Shown piece after piece: positions 21,482 through 31,887 of a stretch of 64,000 bases of DNA (the first letter of the stretch is position 1; each line of letters starts with the position of its first letter). Below the pieces are notes generated by a model. The model saw only the letters and a list, made by a program, of their open reading frames with translations, made no database searches and was not told the DNA's origin. The position numbers were made by a program, and so were the translations under genes. Origin of the DNA: Methanothrix sp. (lineage in GTDB: Archaea > Halobacteriota > Methanosarcinia > Methanotrichales > Methanotrichaceae); contig OY821645.1 in NCBI GenBank assembly GCA_963682135.1, forward strand, positions 1,120,001 to 1,184,000. The letters run 5' to 3'.

Positions 21482-24400
21482 ATGAAAGAGATGGATAGCA
21501 AGAGCAAACGCAAGACCAAGCATAGCTGCAGGGATGTAATACTCGTCTTTGCAGTGCTAATGATAACAGGAGTGCTTCTGGCAGTAACCGCCTCAGCACA
21601 ATTCGATCAGCAATCGCCGGGAGCTTTGGGTCAGGGAGATTTATTCGCTCCGGATAACACGGGCGGCGCAAGCTCCAACCAGCAGCCAATGCTCACTGCC
21701 CTGGTGAGCGACAAATCCAGTCCCCAGGAAGCCGGCCTCTCCATAAAATGGACGGCCAACGCAGAGGACCCGGAAAATGATCCTCTGTCCTTCATATTCA
21801 AGCTAAAAGGACCATCTACGGGAGACGTTTGGAAGCCGGTAAACTCAGATCCCTCCGACAATACCTGGAAATGGGATACCAATCCAGAAGATGCCGGAAA
21901 TTACCAGATAAGCGTCTCGGTCAGGGATGAAATGCATGCCGGCCCCCAATTTACGCCGGACGAGAGAATAAGTGACTTTTCATTAACTGCCCCGCCGGTG
22001 CCAGAGGAAGCTCCCGTGCAGCCTGCGCCAGAGCCTTTGCCTGATGTGGCGGCCCAGCAAACTTATCAACCGCCTGCACAAGAGCAGCAAACTGCTGGGC
22101 AGGAGCCTGTTGCGCAGCCACAGGAAACAGTGCCTGCTAATCAGCCGCCCATCATGATCAGCTTGACACCGGATGCCGCCAGCCCTCAGGAAGCTGGAAT
22201 TGCCGTGACCTGGGAAGCGCAAGCCGATGACCAGGAAAGCGACAACTTGCAGTTCTTGTTCCTGCTGGACGATCAGCAGATATCTGATTGGCAATATCAA
22301 AATCAGTGGATCTGGTATACATCTGCTAATGAAATTGGAACACACCGCATAGAGGCAAGGGTTAGGGATGGGACACATAATACGGATGGCGATTCTTCCA
22401 AGAAGGCAAGTTTCACCATAAATAAGCCCAATGAGAAGCCAGTAATATCCGATCTGTCCTCAGATAAGCCCAGCCCCCAGGAGACGGGCAGCATTGTCAC
22501 CTGGACAGCTCAGGCCAGTGACCCAGAAAAAAATCCAATTTTATACAAATTCTTCTTGAATGGACTTCCTGCAACCGACTGGCAGTCCCGCAATGAGTGG
22601 GCCTGGACAGCAAGCGAGGGCGAAAACCAGATAGAAGTTCAGGTTAGAGACGGCAAACACGCTGAACAGGATGGATTTGATGACCAGAAGAGTGCGGCGT
22701 TCATCGTACTGCCTCCCAACCAAAAGCCTGCTATCATCAATTTCGGCCCAGACAAGCTCAGCCCTCAGGTGACCGGTTCGACTATCACCTGGACCGTGGA
22801 ATCCATGGATGCAGATGATGATCCCCTGCAATTCCAGTTCGCTTTAGACGGACAGGCAATGCAGGACTGGTCTGACAGCCCCGTCTGGATATGGACTGCG
22901 ACTAAAGAGCAGGTGGGAGCGCACGTCGTTGCTGCCAATGTCCGGGATGGAAAGCATAATGCAGACGGAGACGCCGCCGCCAGCGCCAACTTCGAGATTG
23001 TCCTTCCGCCCAACAAGGCTCCGGTGATGAGCAGTCTCTCGGCAGACAAAGAGAGCCCGCAGGTGACGGGCAGCGTGATCACCTGGACCGCATCAGCATC
23101 AGATACCGAGACAGATCCCCTGCAATTCCAGTTCGCTTTGGACGGACAGGCAATGCAGGACTGGTCTGACAGCCCCGTCTGGATATGGACTGCGACTAAA
23201 GAGCAGGTGGGAGCGCACGTCGTTGCTGCCAATGTCCGGGATGGAAAGCATAATCCCGAGGGAGACGCCGCCGCCAGCGCCAACTTTGAGATTGTTCTTC
23301 CGCCCAACAAGGCTCCGGTGATGAGCAGTCTCTCGGCTGACAAAGAGAGCCCGCAGGTGACGGGCAGCGTGATCACCTGGACCGCATCAGCATCAGATAC
23401 CGAGACAGATCCCCTGCAATTCCAGTTCGCTTTGGACGGACAGGTAATGCAGGACTGGTCTGACAGCCCCGTCTGGATTTGGACCGCGACTAAAGAGCAG
23501 GCGGGAGCGCATGTCGTTGCTGCCAATGTCCGGGATGGAAAGCATAATTCCGAGGGTGACAGCACTGCCAGCGCCAACTTTGAGATTGTTCTTCCGCCCA
23601 ACAAGGCTCCGGTGATGAGCAGTCTCTCGGCTGACAAAGAGAGCCCGCAGGTGACGGGCAGCGTGATCACCTGGACCGCATCAGCGTCCGATACCGAGAC
23701 AGATCCCCTGCAATTCCAGTTCATCCTGGATGGACAGGTAGCGGCAGACTGGTCGGATAGCCCCGTCTGGATCTGGACTGCGACTAAAGAGCAGGCCGGA
23801 GCGCACGTCGTTGTTGCCAATGTCCGGGATGGAAAGCATAATCCCGAGGGAGACGCCGCCGCCAGCGCCAACTTTGAGATTGTCCTTCCAGCCAACAACG
23901 CTCCGGTAATGAGAAGTCTCACGGCTGACAAAGAGAGCCCGCAGGTGACGGGTAGCGTGATCACCTGGACCGCATCAGCATCAGATACCGAAAGTGATCC
24001 AATTAGCTATCGCTTCCTGGTTAACGGCACGCCTGCCACCGACTGGCAAGCAGAGAATACGTTGACCTGGACTGCTATGCAGCCTGGTACCAGCCAGATC
24101 ATGGCGCAGGCAAAAGACAGCCAGCATGACGGACCGCAAGGCGAAGCCGGCAACATGAGCAGCGACTTTTCCATAATTGCCCCTGCGCCGGTAGTTGAGC
24201 CTGTGATAACCGAGGTCGTGCCTGCTGTTGTCGTGCCGGCCAAGCTCAATGAATCGCCGGCACTTGACGGCTTGACTGCCGACAGTATTAGCCCGCAGCT
24301 ATTGGGAACCTCAGTTACCTGGACCGCATCGGCATCCGATGCCGAGAATGATCCAATTAGCTATCGCTTCCTGGTCAACGGCACGCCTGCCGCCGACTGG

Positions 24401-27400
24401 CAATCTGAGGACCAGTGGACCTGGACTGCTATGCAGCCCGGTACCAGCCAGATCATGGCGCAGGTAAAAGACAGCCAGCATGACGGACCGCAAGGCGAAG
24501 CCGGCAACATGAGCAGCGACTTTTCCATTATCGCGCCAGCACCGGTAGTTGAGCCTGCTGCGGTTGAAAATGAAAACGCGCCGCAAGAGAATAAGACAGA
24601 ACCTGCTGTGGAGAACGTAGTTCCTCCTGTGGCAGGGGACATAACCACACCAGTAGCACCGGAAAATGGGACGCCGCAGCAAACCGTCAATGAGAGTGTT
24701 GCTGTGACGATTGCGCCGGAGACGGTTGTACCTCCCGCGGAAGAGAACATTACCACGCCCATTGCTCCTGAGAATGCGACGCCACAGCAGCCTGTCGATG
24801 AAACGAAGCCAGCAGAGCCTGTGATTCCTGCGGCTGTGAACCAGACACCCGTCTTGAATTCTCTGACCGCGGATGTCACCAGCCCCCAGATTCCCGGCAC
24901 CACCATAACCTGGACTGCTAACGCCACCGATGCAGATCAAGACCCGCTGTCCTTCCGCTTCTTCCACAGTGGACCGGCTACAAGCGGAGCCTGGCAGCCT
25001 GTAACTGAGTGGAGCGCTGCCGGCACCTGGACTCAGACGACATCCCCCACGGATGCGGGTGAAAACCAGGTCAAGGCCCAGGTAAGAGATGGAAAGCATG
25101 CGACTGAAGAAGGCTTTGACAGCGAGCTGTCAGCATTCATTACCATCAGCGAGCCTGCTCGAAACATCTCCGGCATAGCTTATGAAGATAAGAACGGCAA
25201 CTCACTCCTTGATAGCGGCGAGGCCCTCTCCGGCTGGACAATCCATCTTACCGGGCCAAACGGAGAGGTCAGCGCCTTAACTGCTGAGGACGGATCCTAC
25301 CGTTTCGAGAACCTCAAGGTGGGAAGCTACACAGTCGCCGAGACACTGCCCTCCGGTTGGAAGGCAATCAATCCCGATAGCGGATCTTATAGCGTTGATC
25401 TGTCGCAGGGCGATGCAGCAGACAAGAACTTCGCCAATAAGCTGACATCTTACAGCATATCCGGCATGAAGTATAACGACCTTAACGGCAATGGGGTCAA
25501 CGACGGCGAACCAGGAATGGAGAACTGGAAGATCACACTCTCCGGAACAACAGAGAGCAATGAGGCTGTGCAAAAGGAATTGACAACCGCAGCGGACGGA
25601 TCTTACAGGTTTGAGACTCTCCAGCCCGCAACCTATACCATCACAGAGGCCGAGCAGTCCGGCTGGGTCAGGACCGCACCCCAAGAAGGATCTTATTCGG
25701 TTGTTCTGGTGGATGCCGATGTGACCGGCAAAGACTTTGGCAACCACGGGTCCTGGTCCATCTCAGGAGCCAGTTTTAACGACCTGAACGGAAATGGTGT
25801 TAGGGATGGAGATGATGCTGCTCTTGGCAACTGGAATATTCAGATCGCCAAAGATGGCAGCATCATCAATGCCACGACCACCGGCCTGGACGGATCTTAC
25901 GCCTTCAAGAACCTGCCGCCCGGCAAATACACAGTAAGCGAAGTTGTGCAGGATGGATGGACCCAGACTCTGCCTCAGGGATCTTACAGCATCGATCTAT
26001 TGGATGCAGATGTCTCCGGAAAGGATTTCGGCAACAAGGGCAACCTGTCCATCACGGGCAAGAAGTTCTATGATGCCAACGGCAATGGAGTGCAGGACGA
26101 GAACGAGCCTGGTCTTCCCGGACAGGAAGTCAAATTGGTGGAGAACGGCAAAGAGCTCGCCAGCGTGACCACAGACCAGGACGGCAGCTATACCTTCAGC
26201 AACCTGGTGCCTGGGACCTACGAGGTAGATGACCCCATACAGGTTATTGTGACAACGCAGGTTCATGCCGTGGTGAACGTTCCCGCAATCAGTCCCAATA
26301 TCATCTCCGGAATGAAGTTCAACGATCTGAACGGCAATGGAGTAAAGGATGCAGGGGAGAGCGGCATCGCCAATTGGGAGATCGATCTGGTTTACGTAGT
26401 TCCCGGCCCGGCTACTGATATTCTGATGGCCCAGGCCAATACGGATGCCAATGGAGCCTACAAGTTCATCAACATCCCACCCGGCAACTACGAGATCAAA
26501 GAGCTGGCCAGACAGGGCTGGTATGCGACTACACCGACGGTCCGCTCTGTTCACATACCCGGCAGCTCCAGCAACCAGGATTTCGGCAATAAGCTGGCCA
26601 CACAGCCATCTAAGGGCTCGATCTTTGGGTTGAAATTCAACGATCTCAACGGAAATGGTGTCAAGGATAGTGGTGAACCAGGTCTTTCCGGCTGGACCAT
26701 TGAACTGAAGAACGCCACGACCCTGGCCGTTTTAAATACTACAAACACAGTATCAGACGGCTCCTATGCTTTCCTGAACATCACTCCTGCAAACTATGTT
26801 GTAAGCGAAGTAGCAAAGCCCGGCTGGACTCAGACCAAGCCGCCCGCAGGTCCTGGCGGACAGGTCTACTCCTTTGCTCTGGCTGCAGGGGAGAATAAGC
26901 AGGGAATCGACTTTGGTAACCGCAACAACAACCTGCCGCCCACCAACCCCACGCTGGTCTCAAACCTGGCCAGCCCGCGGATGGCAGGCACGCCCATAAT
27001 CTGGACCGCTGGTGCCAATGATCCCGAAGGAGATACCCTGAAGTTCAGATTTATTGTGCGCGGACCGGCTCCGTCCACTGCCGTAAGGGCCGACACCGGA
27101 TACTCTGAGAGCAACGTCTGGACGTGGAGCACCGTAGGATATGTACCGGGAACCTATCAGATTGATGTTTGGATAAGAGACGGCAATCATGCCGGACCAT
27201 CAGGCTTTGACATCATGAAGACGGTTTCCTTCAAACTCACCAGTGCCAACCAACCGCCACACGTCGACATGCTGTTCTCCGACCGGCCTGCTCCTCAGTT
27301 TGTAGGAAGCTGGATTAAGTGGACAGCACTGGCATCTGATCCGAATGGCGATCCACTGCAGTACAAGTTCTACCTGCGCGGGCCTTCGACTAACGGGTTC

Positions 27401-28879
27401 TGGATGGACCAGACCGGCTGGGGCAAGAACAATCGCTGGATCTGGAGAACCAATCCAATGGATGTCGGCTACAGTGAGGTGCTGGTGGCGGTTTCGGACG
27501 GCAGTCATGCCGGACCGGGTGGCTCAGACGATTACGAGATAGCATCCTTTGCCATTGTCAACCAGAATCTTCCGCCGGTAATCACCGGTCTGGCCAGCAA
27601 TGTGCATAGCCCCCAGCCCATAGGTGCCACAGTATGGTGGAAGGCATCCGCCATGGATCAGGAAGGAAACCCTGTGTTCTATAGGTACTGGCTGAAGGGA
27701 GCTGCTACCGGAGGATCCTGGAGGATCGTGCGGGACTGGTCTACCGACCCGACCTGGGTTTGGCCCACCTCGCCTGCTGACGCAGGAACAAGCGAGATTC
27801 AGGTGCAGGTGAGGGACGGACTGCACTCCAGCCCGTCCGGATGGGATGATGATGCCGGAGCACTGTTCACCGTGCTTAGGCAAAACCAGCCGCCAGTTCT
27901 CGTCTCCTTGACGGCGGATAAAGCCGGCTCACAAGCTGCCGGCACGCCCATAAGGTGGACGGCAATCGCCTCGGATCCGGATAGAGAGCCGATATTCTAC
28001 AAATTCTGGCTGAAGGGTCCGTCGACCGCAGGTGCCTGGAAGGTAGCTCAGGATTGGTCGACAAAGAACCAGTGGACCTGGACCAGTTCCGGCTATGATG
28101 TGGGGGCTTATACCGTCTATGTCTACGCCCGGGATGGAAAGCACAATCCTGCAACCGGTTACGATAGTGCACTGGGGGCATCTTATCAGCTTATGGTCAA
28201 TTTGCTTCCCAAGCTGACGACTCTTGCTTCCGACAAAAAGAGCCCACAAAGTGCCGGAGCGACTGTGAAATGGACGGCAACAGCCACTGATGCCAATAAA
28301 GATCCGATACTCTACCGGTTCTGGCTGAAGGGCCCGTCGACCGGCGGCGCCTGGAAGGTAGCCCAGGATTGGTCGACAAAGAACCAGTGGACCTGGACCA
28401 GTTCCGGCAGCGACAGCGGAGATTACACCGTCTACGTCTATGTTCGAGACGGATTGCATAGTCCTGCAACCGGTTACGATAGCGCACTGGGGGCAATGTA
28501 TCAACTCACGCCCAATATGCCGCCTCAGCTTACGACTCTTATTTCCGACAAGAAGAGTCCGCAAAGCGCAGGAACGACAGTGAAGTGGACGGCAACGGCC
28601 ACGGATGTCAATAAAGATCCGATACTCTACCGGTTCTGGCTGATGGGCCCGTCGACCGGCGGCGCCTGGAAGGTAGCCCAGGATTGGTCGACAAAGAACC
28701 AGTGGACCTGGAGCAATGCACCAACCGACGCCGGCAACTACAAGGTTTTTGTCTATGCCAGGGATGGCAAGCACGCCCCGGCAACCGGCTATGATAGCGC
28801 AGTAGGTCAAGACTATGCGCTTTTCAATCAGGTGGTGAGCAATAAGGCAGTGAGCAGGGTGGTCGTTGTAAAAAGATAG
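21482..28879 (+). CDS. Giant exported surface protein: many Ig-like/triple-Tyr-type repeats and SdrD-B-like domains with D-x-N-G-N-G motifs
   Basis: Signal peptide; ~100-aa SPQ..G..WTA.A.D...VRDG.H repeats; Pro/Glu-rich linkers; about six ISG.KFNDLNGNG-like domains. Confidence 0.85.
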   Translation: MKEMDSKSKRKTKHSCRDVILVFAVLMITGVLLAVTASAQFDQQSPGALGQGDLFAPDNTGGASSNQQPMLTALVSDKSSPQEAGLSIKWTANAEDPENDPLSFIFKLKGPSTGDVWKPVNSDPSDNTWKWDTNPEDAGNYQISVSVRDEMHAGPQFTPDERISDFSLTAPPVPEEAPVQPAPEPLPDVAAQQTYQPPAQEQQTAGQEPVAQPQETVPANQPPIMISLTPDAASPQEAGIAVTWEAQADDQESDNLQFLFLLDDQQISDWQYQNQWIWYTSANEIGTHRIEARVRDGTHNTDGDSSKKASFTINKPNEKPVISDLSSDKPSPQETGSIVTWTAQASDPEKNPILYKFFLNGLPATDWQSRNEWAWTASEGENQIEVQVRDGKHAEQDGFDDQKSAAFIVLPPNQKPAIINFGPDKLSPQVTGSTITWTVESMDADDDPLQFQFALDGQAMQDWSDSPVWIWTATKEQVGAHVVAANVRDGKHNADGDAAASANFEIVLPPNKAPVMSSLSADKESPQVTGSVITWTASASDTETDPLQFQFALDGQAMQDWSDSPVWIWTATKEQVGAHVVAANVRDGKHNPEGDAAASANFEIVLPPNKAPVMSSLSADKESPQVTGSVITWTASASDTETDPLQFQFALDGQVMQDWSDSPVWIWTATKEQAGAHVVAANVRDGKHNSEGDSTASANFEIVLPPNKAPVMSSLSADKESPQVTGSVITWTASASDTETDPLQFQFILDGQVAADWSDSPVWIWTATKEQAGAHVVVANVRDGKHNPEGDAAASANFEIVLPANNAPVMRSLTADKESPQVTGSVITWTASASDTESDPISYRFLVNGTPATDWQAENTLTWTAMQPGTSQIMAQAKDSQHDGPQGEAGNMSSDFSIIAPAPVVEPVITEVVPAVVVPAKLNESPALDGLTADSISPQLLGTSVTWTASASDAENDPISYRFLVNGTPAADWQSEDQWTWTAMQPGTSQIMAQVKDSQHDGPQGEAGNMSSDFSIIAPAPVVEPAAVENENAPQENKTEPAVENVVPPVAGDITTPVAPENGTPQQTVNESVAVTIAPETVVPPAEENITTPIAPENATPQQPVDETKPAEPVIPAAVNQTPVLNSLTADVTSPQIPGTTITWTANATDADQDPLSFRFFHSGPATSGAWQPVTEWSAAGTWTQTTSPTDAGENQVKAQVRDGKHATEEGFDSELSAFITISEPARNISGIAYEDKNGNSLLDSGEALSGWTIHLTGPNGEVSALTAEDGSYRFENLKVGSYTVAETLPSGWKAINPDSGSYSVDLSQGDAADKNFANKLTSYSISGMKYNDLNGNGVNDGEPGMENWKITLSGTTESNEAVQKELTTAADGSYRFETLQPATYTITEAEQSGWVRTAPQEGSYSVVLVDADVTGKDFGNHGSWSISGASFNDLNGNGVRDGDDAALGNWNIQIAKDGSIINATTTGLDGSYAFKNLPPGKYTVSEVVQDGWTQTLPQGSYSIDLLDADVSGKDFGNKGNLSITGKKFYDANGNGVQDENEPGLPGQEVKLVENGKELASVTTDQDGSYTFSNLVPGTYEVDDPIQVIVTTQVHAVVNVPAISPNIISGMKFNDLNGNGVKDAGESGIANWEIDLVYVVPGPATDILMAQANTDANGAYKFINIPPGNYEIKELARQGWYATTPTVRSVHIPGSSSNQDFGNKLATQPSKGSIFGLKFNDLNGNGVKDSGEPGLSGWTIELKNATTLAVLNTTNTVSDGSYAFLNITPANYVVSEVAKPGWTQTKPPAGPGGQVYSFALAAGENKQGIDFGNRNNNLPPTNPTLVSNLASPRMAGTPIIWTAGANDPEGDTLKFRFIVRGPAPSTAVRADTGYSESNVWTWSTVGYVPGTYQIDVWIRDGNHAGPSGFDIMKTVSFKLTSANQPPHVDMLFSDRPAPQFVGSWIKWTALASDPNGDPLQYKFYLRGPSTNGFWMDQTGWGKNNRWIWRTNPMDVGYSEVLVAVSDGSHAGPGGSDDYEIASFAIVNQNLPPVITGLASNVHSPQPIGATVWWKASAMDQEGNPVFYRYWLKGAATGGSWRIVRDWSTDPTWVWPTSPADAGTSEIQVQVRDGLHSSPSGWDDDAGALFTVLRQNQPPVLVSLTADKAGSQAAGTPIRWTAIASDPDREPIFYKFWLKGPSTAGAWKVAQDWSTKNQWTWTSSGYDVGAYTVYVYARDGKHNPATGYDSALGASYQLMVNLLPKLTTLASDKKSPQSAGATVKWTATATDANKDPILYRFWLKGPSTGGAWKVAQDWSTKNQWTWTSSGSDSGDYTVYVYVRDGLHSPATGYDSALGAMYQLTPNMPPQLTTLISDKKSPQSAGTTVKWTATATDVNKDPILYRFWLMGPSTGGAWKVAQDWSTKNQWTWSNAPTDAGNYKVFVYARDGKHAPATGYDSAVGQDYALFNQVVSNKAVSRVVVVKR
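22820..23995 (+). repeat. Near-identical 294-bp (98-aa) tandem repeats, about 4 copies
   Basis: gagattgt.cttcc units begin at ~22991, 23285, 23579 and 23873. Confidence 0.9.
27950..28805 (+). repeat. 315-bp (105-aa) tandem repeats, 3 copies
   Basis: gg.gcctggaaggtagc.caggattggtcgacaaagaaccagtggacctgg at 28031, 28346 and 28661. Confidence 0.9.
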
Positions 28880-29009
28880 CGAGATAGACCATGATGAATG
28901 AAGCGTAACGCATCGCCAAGAAATATGTACGCGAGACGGGTTTTGGTTCTGCCCGTCTCATCTCTTTTTCCAACAGGTTTAAATCCAACGGATGTCTGGG
29001 GGAGAAACT

Positions 29010-29408
29010 ATGATGAAATATACGATAGCTTTGGCTGTGCTCATGATGCTGGCCGGCACCTGCCTGGCAACGATGTGGACTTACGATGATCCCATGTTCT
29101 TCCAGATGAACTATCCTGTAAAGACGGGAACATTCGCACCAGCGGACATATCCATTCTGGAAATCTTAGATGCTCCCTATTTCCCGCTACTCGGGCAGAG
29201 CTTCTACTACAATGCCATTCCCTTTAAACTCAGCAACAGTACCAATGCCATCCAAATCGGCAGCAAGGCTCCCGCATCCATGTCTCCCGTCCAGGTAACC
29301 TTTGGCGGACATCTGGAAGATAACCTTAAGTATGCGCAGAGCAAGTCCTCGCTGAAGATCGGTTCGCAAGGTTCCTGGGGCACCTTAAATACTCCGGGAG
29401 TGCTTTAG
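29010..29408 (+). CDS. Hypothetical exported protein
   Basis: Signal peptide MMKYTIALAVLMMLAGTCLA; GGAG RBS. Confidence 0.7.
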   Translation: MMKYTIALAVLMMLAGTCLATMWTYDDPMFFQMNYPVKTGTFAPADISILEILDAPYFPLLGQSFYYNAIPFKLSNSTNAIQIGSKAPASMSPVQVTFGGHLEDNLKYAQSKSSLKIGSQGSWGTLNTPGVL

Positions 29409-29462
29409 AATATATAATTGAGCGGCCAAGACAGTAACCGTTCCGATAGCTCATTTTTTTCA

Positions 29463-30644
29463 TTAGTATTTTGTTTTATTCGACTCTCTGACGAACATGG
29501 TTACAAGGGTTATGGCAACAGCCAGTAGAGTAAAGGCTTTGACACAGCCCCCGACTCCATGCAGATCAGCCGTCAATCCCGCGATAAGCGGCCCGATCAC
29601 CACACCGCTCATGCGAGCCGTATTGAAGATGCCGTAGACTTCTCCTCTCCGGGAGGCACTGGTTGTATCAGCGATTAATGCTGCAGCTGCTGGGCTCGCC
29701 ATGCCGAGCCCCATGCCAAGACCTGCGAAGAGGAATGTGACGGTTATCATGCCTTCGGCCAGAGGCAGAGCAGCAAAGCTTAAGGCTCCCAGCAGGCAGC
29801 CGGTGAAGATGAGTCTCTTTTTGGCGCCCCGGTCTGCCTGGCGGCCAAAGTAGATATTAAAAAGAGCTGTGCTTCCCCCATAAACCAGGTAGATTACGCC
29901 TACATCCGTAGCATTAAAGCCCAGACCGGCTGCAAAGCTGGGCAGCATGGTGAAGTTGAAGCCGCCCACAACGCCCGCCCAAAGGACCACAGAAGAGCAG
30001 GCTAGAAATGTGAGATGGTAGCCTGGAGCAATAAGCGTTTCATTTCTCCGCGAAGGAAGTGCACCCATCATTACACTTATCTTCTCAGGCTCTTTAACCC
30101 GGAAGTAGACAACAAGAAATGAAATTGCTCCCAGAATAGCCCACAAATAAAAGGGAGCATTCAGTCCGAGATGATCATAGAGCATTCCTCCGATGAGAGG
30201 CCCTAAGGCTAACGCAAAGAAGAATGCCGCGTTGTAACGGCCCATGGCTGCCCCTCGGTTTTCTGCTTTTGCCTGATCGATAATCAGTGCCATGGCAATG
30301 GGCCAGACGGCAGATGCCCCCAATCCCCCCAAAGCTCTGATCAGGAGGAGGGCCTCGGCGCTTTTCGCATAGACGTAAAAAAGTGGCAGGAAGGAGAATG
30401 TGGCCAGGCCCAGGAGCAAGATCTTCTTTCGTCCCATCTGATCGGATAAGCGGCCTATGGGTATCTGGGTGAAAAGCTGCACCGCACCATAGACGGAGAC
30501 AATAAATCCCAGCATGGTATAAGATGCGCCCAGATCCATGACATAGTGAGGAAAGAACGGCGCAACCAGGGAGAATCCCAGGACTGCGACGAATACTGCC
30601 AGATAATGAGGTGCAAGCGAGCCGGAATCTTTGAGCGTGGGCAT
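29463..30644 (-). CDS. MFS transporter
   Basis: GRLSDQMGRK motif A; about 12 hydrophobic segments. Confidence 0.92.
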   Translation of the reverse strand: MPTLKDSGSLAPHYLAVFVAVLGFSLVAPFFPHYVMDLGASYTMLGFIVSVYGAVQLFTQIPIGRLSDQMGRKKILLLGLATFSFLPLFYVYAKSAEALLLIRALGGLGASAVWPIAMALIIDQAKAENRGAAMGRYNAAFFFALALGPLIGGMLYDHLGLNAPFYLWAILGAISFLVVYFRVKEPEKISVMMGALPSRRNETLIAPGYHLTFLACSSVVLWAGVVGGFNFTMLPSFAAGLGFNATDVGVIYLVYGGSTALFNIYFGRQADRGAKKRLIFTGCLLGALSFAALPLAEGMITVTFLFAGLGMGLGMASPAAAALIADTTSASRRGEVYGIFNTARMSGVVIGPLIAGLTADLHGVGGCVKAFTLLAVAITLVTMFVRESNKTKY

Positions 30645-30650
30645 TGATCT

Positions 30651-30884
30651 CTAGAACTTCAGCTCCATGCCAAGAATGGTCTGAGTATAGGTCACTCCAT
30701 TGATCTCTCTAACGCTCAGAACTGCTCTGTTCAGATCGGATATGCTCTCAACCTCTGCCAATGCTATGAAGTCTCGCTCTCCGTAGACCGGCACAACCTC
30801 TCGAATGCCTTTGATGCCCACCAAGCAATCGTGCACCGCCTTTTCCGTTCCAGGCTCAACGTTTATCATTATGAAGCCTTTCAT
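30651..30884 (-). CDS. Lrp/AsnC ligand-binding-domain protein
   Basis: FIMINVEPG...VYGERDFIA...GVTYTQT. Confidence 0.85.
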   Translation of the reverse strand: MKGFIMINVEPGTEKAVHDCLVGIKGIREVVPVYGERDFIALAEVESISDLNRAVLSVREINGVTYTQTILGMELKF

Positions 30885-31450
30885 AATATCGCTTTCCCTT
30901 GATCTTCCCGGCCTTGATTTTCTCTGAGAAGGGCTCTCTGATGAGCTATCTCCGGAGGGGCTTTCTTATCCGGAACGGGAATGCCTCTTTGCACCATGAG
31001 GCTCTTTACCATCTCAATCTCATCCTCCAGGCGCTTCAAAGGCATTGCCTCCCTGGCCAGGAACAGACAACTCAATGCCTCATCGAGCCTCCCTAAGGCC
31101 GTCAATACCGCCGCAGTGGATTCCATGTCATAAGCATCGCCACCTTTTTGGAGAACGCAGTCGTAGACTACAAGCGCCTCTTCCAGCTTCTTAAGGTTTC
31201 TCAGCAAAAAGCCCTTGTTCCTCAGAGCATCCAGATTTTCGGAATCGATGGCCAGGCATCTATCATAGCTTTGCATGGACTCCTCGAAGCTGCCAAGGCC
31301 GTAGAGGGCCACGCCTCGGTTGTTCCAGACCTCCGGGATCTCCTGGTTCATGGCCAGCAGACGCTCGAAGATCTCTAAAGCCTCCTCAAACTTCTTCTGC
31401 CTGACCTTATCAATGCCTTTGTTCAGCAGTACCTTCTCTTTATTGTTCAT
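30881..31450 (-). CDS. TPR protein
   Basis: WNNRGVAL and ALRNKGFLL TPR repeats. Confidence 0.85.
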   Translation of the reverse strand: MNNKEKVLLNKGIDKVRQKKFEEALEIFERLLAMNQEIPEVWNNRGVALYGLGSFEESMQSYDRCLAIDSENLDALRNKGFLLRNLKKLEEALVVYDCVLQKGGDAYDMESTAAVLTALGRLDEALSCLFLAREAMPLKRLEDEIEMVKSLMVQRGIPVPDKKAPPEIAHQRALLRENQGREDQGKAIL

Positions 31451-31457
31451 AGCCGCC

Positions 31458-31802
31458 TCACATGTATCCCTGGATCGCTGCCGACTCGCTGCCCTTCTTT
31501 GCGTCGATTGGACCTTGTGATACCGATCCCGGCCTCTTGATCTCTCCGAAGACCTTCTCGTAGTCCTTGATATGCTCTACCAGCCAGTTGGCCAGTTCCT
31601 TGGCTGCCAGAGGTGAGAGAATGATTTCCGTATCGATCTTTCTCTCCATGACTGTCATGCTCTTGCCGTCCTCGACCAGCGTCTTTGGCGAGTCATTGTA
31701 AAAAGCAATGCGAAAGTCGTAAGGGCTATGGCCTCCAATGGCGCCTATGGCATAGACCTGGCTAAAATCAGTGCTTTTTGAGATCTCTACTTTAACTTCC
31801 AT
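31458..31802 (-). CDS. Conserved hypothetical protein (DUF3467-like)
   Basis: VYAIGAIGG..PYDFRIAFY; ILSPLAAKELANWL...YEKVFGEI. Confidence 0.7.
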   Translation of the reverse strand: MEVKVEISKSTDFSQVYAIGAIGGHSPYDFRIAFYNDSPKTLVEDGKSMTVMERKIDTEIILSPLAAKELANWLVEHIKDYEKVFGEIKRPGSVSQGPIDAKKGSESAAIQGYM

Positions 31803-31887
31803 GCATGCGGGATAGGGTCTCCAGCTTAAAAAAGATGATGATATCGAAATGTATTTAGGTGACCTAGCTTCTTGTGTTGCCGATACT

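Noticed and set aside
22820-28805. Tandem repeats as a possible CRISPR array or DGR template
   Set aside because: Units are 294 or 315 bp in-frame coding domains with no spacers; no cas or reverse transcriptase gene in the window.
22765-28810. Long antisense ORFs (399 aa, 293 aa and others) in the giant gene
   Set aside because: Antisense shadows produced by repeats and codon bias; no independent protein features.
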